Assembly: GCA_045863335.1 (NCBI GenBank)
Contig: BTVY01000008.1
Span: 1 to 64,000 of the forward strand
Direction: 5' to 3'
DNA length: 64,000 nucleotides
From: Candidatus Hydrogenedentota bacterium
GTDB taxonomy: Bacteria; Hydrogenedentota; Hydrogenedentia; Hydrogenedentales; SLHB01
A program made the position numbers and the translations under genes. Shown here piece by piece: positions 29,511 through 38,005 of this stretch. Below the pieces are notes generated by a model. It searched no databases, was not told the DNA's origin, and saw only the letters and a program-made list of their open reading frames with translations. How positions within the stretch are numbered: position 1 is the first letter of the stretch; each line of letters starts with the position of its first letter.

Positions 29511-32071
29511 CGATCCTGACATCGCTCGCGTTGTGTTGCATCGCCCTGACAGGTTCCCATCAAGACCGATACTATGCCCACGACACCGTCCTGGACTCCC
29601 ATGGCGTCATCGCGCCGTGGTATACCGGTCTAAACGGGCAGTTCGATTTCCGGGTCCGTGTTGCCGCCGAGACCTTAAAGCGTTACCCCTGGGCCGTGCC
29701 GCCCAAGTCTTGTGTTGCCGCGCCGGAGTATGTGTTTAATGGAACCTGGCGCATCAGCCCCGAAGGCGACATCAGCGTTCCCGACCTTCGCGACTGGGAC
29801 AACGGCGATCTGGGCCAGCGCGCGGCGTACATCTTGGGTGGGTTCGTGGACTACTATCGGTATTCCGGCGATCCCGCGGCAATCGCACACATCACGTGCC
29901 AAGCCGACTTCCTGCTCGACCATTGCCAGACGGGACCTGACCACCCCTGGCCGCGATTTCTCATCAGTGTGCCCACAAAAGGCACACCGTATGGTGAGGC
30001 CGACCCCCACGGAATGATGCAACTCGATATTGCGGCGGAGGTCGGGATCGCCTTGTTGCAGGCTTACCAGCTGACCGGGGAATCCCGCTGGTTCGACGCG
30101 TGCAAGAACTGGGGCGACCAGTTGGCATCGCATCGCGATTCCGTTCCGGGGATGTCACCTTGGAACCGCTATGCCAATCCCGAAGATGTCCAATGGGACG
30201 ATCGGATGACCGGCGGCGTCGCGTTCCTCCTCACCTTTTTCGATGAACTCATCGAACTTGGTTACACCGGAAACGATAACGCGATTGTGAAGGCCCGGGA
30301 CGCGGGCCGAACGTATCTCCGTGAAGTTCTTTTGCCGAAGTGGACCGTCGATGACACCTGGGGCCGGAACTATTGGGACTGGCCCGATCCCGTGCAGGCT
30401 GAGAACGTCACGGAATTCGCCGCCCGGTACATTATGGATAACCCGGATGTCTTCCCGAATTGGAAGACCGATGTCCGAAACATTCTAACCCTGTTTCTGA
30501 ATCGGACCGGCGTGTCTCCCGCCAGCAATGGCGACACGTATAGCGGCGCGTGGGCCTTTCCGGAATCATCCGGCTGCTGCCGCCGGTCCCTGTGGTACGG
30601 GCCAATGGAGATTGCCACCGTCCTTGCCGAGTTTGGCGTCCGTGCGGACGCGCCATGGGCCGTCGAAATGGCACGCCGCATGCAGATCCTCGCCACGTAC
30701 GATGTCCACGAAACCGGAGTTGTCGAGGACAACATCGACGGCGGCGCAATCGTGGCTGGAAGCTGGTTCAAGATTACCCATCCCATGCCGCTAAAACACG
30801 TCCTCGGAACCATGGCCTGGCTGCCGGATGTGGAGGGCGCCAATCGGGAGAATCACATTCTTCGGAGTTCGAGGGTGGTAAACGACGTGTCGTACGGTGG
30901 GGGCCGTATCGCGTATTCGACCTTTGACGCCCCTGCCCATTCGATCGACCTGCTCCGCCTTTCATACCGGCCCAACAGAATCGCGGCGGGCGACACGGTG
31001 TTGTTCGAGCGGACCGACCTCGACGTCAACGGCTACACCATTCAGGAGCTATCGAACGGCGACTGCCTTGTCTCGGTTCGGCATGACGGCGCGACGCACG
31101 TCTTCGTGGAAGGTCCGGATCCGCAACATGCCATCGGCGCCGATACTTTTGAGCGTTCTGGCTTGTGGAAAGGAGCGAACGGCGCTACCATCTTCGCGGA
31201 CACCGCGGATGCCTCCGCCGAGTTATCATTCTCCGGAAACCAGGTCCGCGTCATCGGCGGAGTCGGCCCGGATGGCGGATTGGCCAAGGTGTACGTTGAT
31301 GGCGTCGAACAACGTGCACCACTCGATTGCTGGAATCCGCGCCCGCGCTCGGGCCAAGTTCTGTACTACACCAACGGGCTTACCAACGGCGAGCACCGGC
31401 TGAAAGTCATCGTTCAAGGAGTGAAGAATCCGATTTCCGAAGGTACCCGTGTTTGGATCGAAGGAGTCCAGTGGTCCGCCGAGGAAGGGACGTCCGGATT
31501 TGGCGAAGGTGGGGGTTCTACGGAAACTCAGCGGATGATTTTCGGCTACGCCGGTGGCGAGGATTACGTCGACACGGACGGCCATGCGTGGCGGCCGGCC
31601 ACCGAATGGGTCACCCGCCTGGGGCATCTGGCCGATGTGGTCGCGCAAGCGTGGAATTCAAACCCGCAGCGACTGGTCATCGAGGGGACCTCCGATCCCG
31701 AGATTTACCGCTACGGTGCCCGCGCACCGGAGTTCTGGACCAATCTTACCGTTGGTCCCGGTACGTATTACGTTCGCCTCAAGTTTGCCGATACCTTTCA
31801 ACTCATCCCTAAGGATCGTGCGCTTACCATCCTGTTCAATGGAGACGAGGTGGTCACGGACATGGACATCGGCGCTACCGCGGGCGGGCAGAACCGCGCC
31901 GTCGACCTCGTATTCAACGATATCCAACCGCGCAACGGAATCATTGAAGTACGCTTCGTCAATCGCCGCGGCAGAGAAGCCATCGTGCAAGCGCTCGAGA
32001 TCGGGTCCGGCCATGGTGGAGACGGCGCAGTGCCGGTCGCGGCCGCGCCACCCAAAGAACCCGCGAAGTGA
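29507..32071 (+). CDS. Secreted malectin-domain protein, putative glycoside hydrolase-like enzyme
   Basis: Signal peptide; C-terminal YVDTDGHAW...IYR...YYVRLKFAD...ALEI malectin pattern. Confidence 0.7.
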   Translation: MTILTSLALCCIALTGSHQDRYYAHDTVLDSHGVIAPWYTGLNGQFDFRVRVAAETLKRYPWAVPPKSCVAAPEYVFNGTWRISPEGDISVPDLRDWDNGDLGQRAAYILGGFVDYYRYSGDPAAIAHITCQADFLLDHCQTGPDHPWPRFLISVPTKGTPYGEADPHGMMQLDIAAEVGIALLQAYQLTGESRWFDACKNWGDQLASHRDSVPGMSPWNRYANPEDVQWDDRMTGGVAFLLTFFDELIELGYTGNDNAIVKARDAGRTYLREVLLPKWTVDDTWGRNYWDWPDPVQAENVTEFAARYIMDNPDVFPNWKTDVRNILTLFLNRTGVSPASNGDTYSGAWAFPESSGCCRRSLWYGPMEIATVLAEFGVRADAPWAVEMARRMQILATYDVHETGVVEDNIDGGAIVAGSWFKITHPMPLKHVLGTMAWLPDVEGANRENHILRSSRVVNDVSYGGGRIAYSTFDAPAHSIDLLRLSYRPNRIAAGDTVLFERTDLDVNGYTIQELSNGDCLVSVRHDGATHVFVEGPDPQHAIGADTFERSGLWKGANGATIFADTADASAELSFSGNQVRVIGGVGPDGGLAKVYVDGVEQRAPLDCWNPRPRSGQVLYYTNGLTNGEHRLKVIVQGVKNPISEGTRVWIEGVQWSAEEGTSGFGEGGGSTETQRMIFGYAGGEDYVDTDGHAWRPATEWVTRLGHLADVVAQAWNSNPQRLVIEGTSDPEIYRYGARAPEFWTNLTVGPGTYYVRLKFADTFQLIPKDRALTILFNGDEVVTDMDIGATAGGQNRAVDLVFNDIQPRNGIIEVRFVNRRGREAIVQALEIGSGHGGDGAVPVAAAPPKEPAK

Positions 32072-32203
32072 CGACCGTTCGCAATACCGGTAATCAGGTT
32101 GCGGACAGAATTGGTACAGAAGCTTAAGCGCCGCCCCTTCGTAGTGATCGATTTGAAGTCTGGTAGTGCCTTGCGATCCAATCAGACATCGGAGACCGAA
32201 ACC

Positions 32204-33367
32204 ATGAATTGCTTATCACACACGTTACGATTGTTCCTCGGGCTTATTCCGCTGGTCACAGGATCCGCCCCAGCACAAGAAGGTACGTCGACACCAACCG
32301 CCGTTCGCGGCGATATGGTCATGGCCCGTGCGGACCACGCGTGGATGTCGCAACAGATCAACGAACCGTGCATCCTGCCCAACCCCAAAGTGCCAGGAAG
32401 GCTGATCATGTTCTACTCCGCGGTGTCGGCGTCGGATCGCGTCGTCGCGGCGGTGGGCAAGGCGTGGGCGGATGCGAGCGACCCGTTCACCTGGTATCAG
32501 GACGAGGCCAATCCGATCTTCGGTCCCGGCGAGACCGGTTGGGATTCGAGTACGATTCGCATCGATGCGGTTCTTTACATCCCGGAAGAAGACGCCTATT
32601 ACATCTACTATTCCGGAACGACGGGTGGCGTGCAGGATCACATCGGGCTGGCCATCTGTCCGGCCGGAGCCGATGGCTACACCGATGTGACGCCCGGGAA
32701 CATCGTGCGCTACGGCGACGCGCCCGTGCTGGCTCCGGAACCCGCCGCGCCGTACCACGAAGACATGGCGTCCCAGTCCGCCGTCCTGCGGGAATGGAAC
32801 GAGGAGGCAAACCGCTGGGACTGGTACATGTATTACTCCTACCGCGGCAAAGACGGCGTCCTTCCCGGCATTCGCCTCGCCACGTCGCAAGACGGCAAGA
32901 ATTGGACGCGCCACTTCAACGAGAACGATCCACGCGGGATGGGGCAGATCTTCGAATCGGTGCCAAATGCCTATTACGAATGGCACCAGATCTTCAAAGT
33001 CGACAACACCTACGTTCTCTGTATCGAAGTCGGCGTCGAACATGGCGTCCGCTGGCGTCCGGCACTCGCCGTCAGCACCGACCCCATGACAGGGTGGACC
33101 CCGCTCGACGTGGATACGGTGCTGCAAACGAAATGGGAGGGACTCTACCGCGACGACGCCATGTACCACGTCGCCACGCCCGCCTTCTACGAGATCGGCG
33201 GCCAGTGGTATCTCTTCATCCAGGCCTGCGGCCGCCCCGCCAACGACAACTACATCGACGGCGGCTGGGAAATGTGGGGCGTCGAGTGCAACCGGAAGAT
33301 CCCGACCATACCGGGCTGCGCGGATGTGTTTATCCCCGGGCTGCCTTCACCGGCCACCGGTAAATAG
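32204..33367 (+). CDS. Secreted five-bladed beta-propeller glycoside hydrolase-like protein
   Basis: Signal peptide; NPIF..WDS, IGLA, MYYS, IRLATSQDGKNW. Confidence 0.7.
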   Translation: MNCLSHTLRLFLGLIPLVTGSAPAQEGTSTPTAVRGDMVMARADHAWMSQQINEPCILPNPKVPGRLIMFYSAVSASDRVVAAVGKAWADASDPFTWYQDEANPIFGPGETGWDSSTIRIDAVLYIPEEDAYYIYYSGTTGGVQDHIGLAICPAGADGYTDVTPGNIVRYGDAPVLAPEPAAPYHEDMASQSAVLREWNEEANRWDWYMYYSYRGKDGVLPGIRLATSQDGKNWTRHFNENDPRGMGQIFESVPNAYYEWHQIFKVDNTYVLCIEVGVEHGVRWRPALAVSTDPMTGWTPLDVDTVLQTKWEGLYRDDAMYHVATPAFYEIGGQWYLFIQACGRPANDNYIDGGWEMWGVECNRKIPTIPGCADVFIPGLPSPATGK

Positions 33368-33422
33368 CGCGCCTGGCGCAGGGGACCAGAATGCTTGCCG
33401 CCACTCGTTGAGCAAAACAAAC

Positions 33423-33457
33423 GCGAGGCGGAACACGCTCAGAATGTTCCGCCTCGC
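33423..33457 (-). terminator. Rho-independent terminator
   Basis: 13-bp stem GCGAGGCGGAACA/TGTTCCGCCTCGC followed by GTTTGTTTT on the minus strand. Confidence 0.75.
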
Positions 33458-33485
33458 AAGTTCCAATTCTAGCTGTTGTGCCGCT

Positions 33486-34403
33486 CTACTGGTGCATGGT
33501 CCGGCGCAGGGCGATGACGCCCGCACCCAGGCATAGCGTCCCCAGCAAGACTAATCCGACGAGGCCCGAAGCCGGAACCGCGCCAACGTCGACTACGTCC
33601 AAGACGGCGGCATTCGAGGTTACCGACGCCGGCGTCGGAGTAGCCGAATCGGTAACGACGCACGTGTACGATCCCGCATCGCTTAATTGAGCGTTGGTAA
33701 TCGTATATGAGGCCGAATCCGTGCCTACGTCGGTTACGCCCTTCTTCCACTGGTAGTGAAGAGGTGCGGTGCCATTTACGGCCACGACGGTTAGGGTTCG
33801 ATTCTGACCGACAAGGACAGTACCGCCCACCGGGTGGGTTGTGATGGTCAGTACATCCGGCGTCAAGGCATTGGCGACGAATTGTGCCTTGACACCACCA
33901 GCGTTCGTGTACTCCTGGAGGTTGGTGAGTCCGTCACTGTCAGCATCGCCGGTCGTTCCCACCGCGCTTCCGGCGCTGACGGGGGAACCCGGCATCGCAG
34001 CTGCGAGACCGAGGCCGGTCAGCGCTGCCAAGACGTAGGCGTTGTCTCCTCGCGTGAGGCCGCCCGCCAGGATATTCTGCACGGCCGTCCCCGCCTCTGC
34101 GCCGTAAACTCCCGCGACCGCAGCCTGAACCGGGGCCAACGACGCAAGGTTCGTGGTCCACGCCGTCGATACGGCGCCGTTGGTTGGTTCGCCCGTGTCC
34201 GCTAGAATGGCCGCGATCAACGCGTAGGCAACCGAATCAACCATGCCGTCCCCATCATTGTCCGACGTGAGGTTGTACCCCACGAGGCTCAATGTCGGGT
34301 TCGAGAAATACGTGTCAAAATCGACGCTAATCTGTGCGGACGCACCGGGAGCGAAGCCGAGAAAGCAAGCCCCCAACACCACGATTACCAGAGCTTTCTT
34401 CAT
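33486..34403 (-). CDS. Secreted Ig-domain surface protein with C-terminal IPTL/PEP-CTERM-like sorting signal
   Basis: Signal peptide, DxDxDG motifs, YQWKK...DAGSYTC, VPASG followed by TM and RR. Confidence 0.85.
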   Translation of the reverse strand: MKKALVIVVLGACFLGFAPGASAQISVDFDTYFSNPTLSLVGYNLTSDNDGDGMVDSVAYALIAAILADTGEPTNGAVSTAWTTNLASLAPVQAAVAGVYGAEAGTAVQNILAGGLTRGDNAYVLAALTGLGLAAAMPGSPVSAGSAVGTTGDADSDGLTNLQEYTNAGGVKAQFVANALTPDVLTITTHPVGGTVLVGQNRTLTVVAVNGTAPLHYQWKKGVTDVGTDSASYTITNAQLSDAGSYTCVVTDSATPTPASVTSNAAVLDVVDVGAVPASGLVGLVLLGTLCLGAGVIALRRTMHQ

Positions 34404-34773
34404 TTTGGACAACTCCTTCGTTGAACTATTGTGATGCCACTATCCCCAACATTGCTCAGTCCCCTCTAAAACCAAGTCGCACGCAGGCGGGGTTTCCCAA
34501 CCGCCCGCAGCTCTGACTTACGCAATTGCACCCTCGAGCGAGCAGAACGCGCCCTGCGAAACGACAACGACGAATACCCCCGCTTCCGACTCGGCACGAA
34601 CGAATATGCACCTGTCCGGCGTGCACGGAACTACAGCCCTGGATCAAAGGTATTTTGAAACTCCACGCCGCGGTCGAATCCACCCTCTCCCCAAGACGAG
34701 TACTTGGCTTTCAACGCGCTCCCTCTAACCGACCGGTCCTCATTCGCACATAACCCGGTCCGCCAATAGAATC

Positions 34774-34803
34774 ATAATATTCTGGGTTTCCATTTTTTGT
34801 CAA
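34774..34803 (-). promoter_or_regulatory. Sigma-70 promoter
   Basis: TTGACA-N18-TATTAT. Confidence 0.6.
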
Positions 34804-35140
34804 TAGGGCTTTTCGCTTATTTCATGGATACCTCATACTTGGTACTCCAGCCTTGTGGGCCATGATGGGCGATTCGTGGCTCCCGGCCACGCCGGATTGC
34901 GCGGAGACGCGTTTGCAAGGACAATGGGGGGGAATGGCTCCCGGCGGATGGCTAAACCATTTGGAGCTACAAGCACATCCAATGGATTCGGGGCCCGCGA
35001 CAGCCGTTCAAAGGCGAAGGGTCGTCATGCCGGGCGCGACAAGGCGGCAGATTTGCGCGGGAATCCTCGCCGGCCGTGGAGGGCGGGTCAATGCAGCGTA
35101 AGGGCTTTCGCCAAAGGCGATTAGGGGGGAACTCTTGAGT

Positions 35141-35872
35141 ATGAAGCGCGGTATCCCGTTTCTCTGGATCGCCGCCATCTATGGTTCTCTGGCGTTCCTG
35201 CCCCAGACGCCAATCTGGAAACTCCAAAGTGAACTCCACTGGAACTATATCGGTCACATTCTGTTCTTCCTTCCGCCGCTCGCCGGCCTTCTCCTGAACC
35301 GCCGGAAGGTAGATTTGTATGGACTGCGCACGGACCGGTTCGCCGAATCCGCCAAAGTCGGCCTGGTATTCGCCGCCTTGCTGATTACCTTCCCGCTCGC
35401 CGCCGACATCGCCTTCGGCACACTGACCCTGAGGCCCGAACTTCGCGGTCAGGTTGCCCAATCGATCTTCTATTTCCTGGTCATGGTTGGTGTCGCGGAG
35501 GAACTGCTCTTCCGCGGGTACTTTCAGGGCGAACTCAACGCCCAATTCACGAAACGCTACCGGTTCCTCGGCGCATCCATCACGCACGGATTCTGGATCA
35601 CCGTGGTCGCGTTCACCGCATGCCATATGGTTCCCGGCGTTTACATGCCGGAGGCGTGGGAGATGGTGTACGTCTTCGGAGCATCAATCCTGTTTGGTCT
35701 GCTCCGCGAATGGACCCAATCGCTCGCCGCGCCGATCCTGGCCCACTTCGGCCTGCTCGTTCATCGCTACCTCTTCGGTATGAGCCTGCCCGCAGGCCTC
35801 GCCACCGCCATTGCCTGGTTTCTCGCGTTCTGGTTCCTCGCCAAGACACTCGAAAAGCGTCAGACAACTTGA
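35141..35872 (+). CDS. CPBP (Abi/CAAX) family intramembrane metalloprotease
   Basis: EELLFRG, FTACH, PILAH motifs; multiple TM helices. Confidence 0.9.
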   Translation: MKRGIPFLWIAAIYGSLAFLPQTPIWKLQSELHWNYIGHILFFLPPLAGLLLNRRKVDLYGLRTDRFAESAKVGLVFAALLITFPLAADIAFGTLTLRPELRGQVAQSIFYFLVMVGVAEELLFRGYFQGELNAQFTKRYRFLGASITHGFWITVVAFTACHMVPGVYMPEAWEMVYVFGASILFGLLREWTQSLAAPILAHFGLLVHRYLFGMSLPAGLATAIAWFLAFWFLAKTLEKRQTT

Positions 35873-35886
35873 CCCCGCAAATCGTT

Positions 35887-36049
35887 TGGAGTGCAGATTG
35901 CGCTGAGGCGTGACTGCTTATTCATAGGCCAGTTCTCCACAACCTGAGACCCATCGACGATTTGCGTTGCCAGGGGCAGCAATAGAAGATCCGGGCTACT
36001 TCCTCAATTTTGAGAATAGGCAGTCACGCCCCAGCGTGACCGCGCTCCA
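35887..36049. repeat. REP-like inverted doublet
   Basis: TGGAGTGCAGATTGCGCTGAGGCGTGACTGCTTATTC and an inverted copy TGGAGCGCGGTCACGCTGGGGCGTGACTGCCTATTC. Confidence 0.6.
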
Positions 36050-36072
36050 CAATGGGTTATGCGCCGCGCTCG

Positions 36073-36092
36073 CATATTGCGCCATCTTGCCC
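36073..36092 (+). repeat. Direct repeat, left copy (CATATTGCGCCATCTTGCCC)
   Basis: Identical 20-mer at 36708-36727. Confidence 0.85.
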
Positions 36093-36110
36093 GTTTTGCG
36101 ACGCAACGCG

Positions 36111-36404
36111 TCATCGTCGACCGCGCCAATACTCCGGCCGGCGGCTATGGTGGGCAACCGCGAGAATGCGAATGCCATCGTCATGGACCGAGTAGACGAT
36201 TGAGAATGGAAAGTGCTGAAGATTCAAGCGCCGTCTGCCATTACGCCAAAGCGCGCCAAGGCGGGGATGGCGCAACAGCAATTCGACGCAGCGCTCAAAC
36301 TCAGCCAAGAATGCCCTTGAAAAACTTCCTCCTGCATGTTCGCGATAGTACCGCGCTGCGGCCCGGAGATCTTCTTCCGCCTCCGGATGCAACGTGAACT
36401 TCAT
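36111..36404 (-). CDS. ParE/RelE family toxin
   Basis: HPEAEEDL...FPFSIVY...ILAVAHHSRRPEYW. Confidence 0.9.
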   Translation of the reverse strand: MKFTLHPEAEEDLRAAARYYREHAGGSFSRAFLAEFERCVELLLRHPRLGALWRNGRRRLNLQHFPFSIVYSVHDDGIRILAVAHHSRRPEYWRGRR

Positions 36405-36625
36405 TCGAACTCCACCTTGAGCCGCGCCAATGCTTCGGGACCTGAAACCGCCGAAACCGCGCCGCTTTCAATCTCCGCGTTGCGCCGCTCCACCTCGGTT
36501 GCCCAGGCCTCTTCTACTTCGGGATCGACCTCCAGACTCGATATGAGCCGCTCGATGAGGCGAGCCCGATCGTCCTGGGACAGGTTTAGGGCTTCCGCCT
36601 CAATGACCTCGCGTGAAAGTGGCAT
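36401..36625 (-). CDS. Addiction module antitoxin (TIGR02574-like)
   Basis: ALNLSQDDRARLIERLISSL...EAWATEVERR; ATGA overlap with the toxin. Confidence 0.9.
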   Translation of the reverse strand: MPLSREVIEAEALNLSQDDRARLIERLISSLEVDPEVEEAWATEVERRNAEIESGAVSAVSGPEALARLKVEFE

Positions 36626-36707
36626 TTCAATTCACCTCCAACCGGAGCACGAACAGCTCCGCCATGCTCTTCACTTCGCCACTCTTAGATATACCAGATT
36701 TGCCATC

Positions 36708-36727
36708 CATATTGCGCCATCTTGCCC
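36708..36727 (+). repeat. Direct repeat, right copy, overlapping the probable promoter of the downstream gene
   Basis: Identical to 36073-36092; TTGCGC-N18-TATCCC lies upstream of the ATG at 36749. Confidence 0.85.
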
Positions 36728-36748
36728 CGTTCTGCTATCCCTATTCCC

Positions 36749-37837
36749 ATGACCTCGAAGCAACGCGTCGTCGCCGCCTTGAACCGGCAACCCGTCGACC
36801 GGGTTCCGGTGTTCATGTGGTTTCATCCATCCACGACACGGCGCCTCGCCGCCCTCCTCGATATCCCGCCGTACAAAGTGGGGGAGGCCATGGGCAACGA
36901 CATTGTCCAGGCCTGGGTGAACAACAACCACGCCATGGAAGGCATCGTCCACGAACGCGACGGCGAATCCCACATCGACGACTGGGGCATCACCTGGACC
37001 AAGGAAGGCGAGTACAACCAGGTCACTCATTTCCCGCTGGCCGGTCTCGATCGTGACGCGGTGCTCGCTTACGAGTTCCCGAACGACGCGCAGGAATCCC
37101 TTCTGGCCAACATGAACCGCGTGATGCCATACGCGGACGACTTCTACGTCGGCGTCGACGTGTCGCCCTGCGCCTACGAGATGTACTGGCGTCTGCGGGG
37201 TATGGACCACGCGCTCCTCGACCTCGTCGCTGACCCCGAACTCGCCGATACGATGCTCGGCCGTTGCGCCGATTTCGCGGTGGAGTTGTCGGTGAAGGCG
37301 CTGGACCGCATTGCCGTGGATTGGCTGTGGACCGGTGACGACGTGGCAGGGCAGCAATCCATGATGATGAGTCCCGACTGCTGGCGCGACCTCATCCGCC
37401 CGCACCTGCAACGCGTGGTCGACGTGGGCACGGCCAAGGGTCTGCCCGTCGCCTACCACAGTTGCGGCGCGATCCGGCCCATCATCCCCGATCTCATCGA
37501 AATGGGCATCGGCATCCTCAATCCCGTGCAGTGCACCTGCCCCGGCATGGACCCCCTCGAACTCAAGCGCGAATTCGGCGACCACCTCGCCTTCATGGGC
37601 GGTGTCGATACCCAGTACCTCCTGCCCAACGGCACCGCCGGCGAAGTTCGCCGCGCCACCGCCCGCCTCCTCGAAGGCATGACGTCCAACGGCGGCTACA
37701 TCCTCGCAGCCTCCCATACCGTCCCCCCCGAAACCCCGGACGACAACCTCTTCGTCCTGTACGAAGAAGCGGGGATTAGCCGGGAAGAAATCTTAGACCG
37801 CGCGGCTGGCATTCGGAGCAACGTAACCGTGTCGTAG
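36749..37837 (+). CDS. Uroporphyrinogen decarboxylase/methyltransferase (URO-D) family protein
   Basis: VDRVP, LRGM, GDDVA, YHSCG, LNPVQ, GGVDTQ, GGYIL. Confidence 0.9.
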   Translation: MTSKQRVVAALNRQPVDRVPVFMWFHPSTTRRLAALLDIPPYKVGEAMGNDIVQAWVNNNHAMEGIVHERDGESHIDDWGITWTKEGEYNQVTHFPLAGLDRDAVLAYEFPNDAQESLLANMNRVMPYADDFYVGVDVSPCAYEMYWRLRGMDHALLDLVADPELADTMLGRCADFAVELSVKALDRIAVDWLWTGDDVAGQQSMMMSPDCWRDLIRPHLQRVVDVGTAKGLPVAYHSCGAIRPIIPDLIEMGIGILNPVQCTCPGMDPLELKREFGDHLAFMGGVDTQYLLPNGTAGEVRRATARLLEGMTSNGGYILAASHTVPPETPDDNLFVLYEEAGISREEILDRAAGIRSNVTVS

Positions 37838-37875
37838 AGCATGTTTCAGAAGCGCGATATCAACTTCGCAACGGA

Positions 37876-37950
37876 TGTAGCGCAGGCGTCCCCGCCTGCA
37901 TTCTTTGGGGTACAGTCCATGACTTTGCAGGCGGGGACGCCTGCGCTCCA
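37876..37950. repeat. GTAG-type REP inverted doublet
   Basis: TGTAGCGCAGGCGTCCCCGCCTGCA and an inverted copy with 24/25 identity, between convergent genes. Confidence 0.75.
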
Positions 37951-38005
37951 TTCATTCCACATTTCGTGGATTGGTAAAAGCATTTTTGAAGTGCTACAAG
38001 TGCCC

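Noticed and set aside
34420-34770. Known riboswitch (e.g. c-di-GMP-I) in the surface-protein leader
   Set aside because: Hallmark motifs were not found by eye; only generic hairpins
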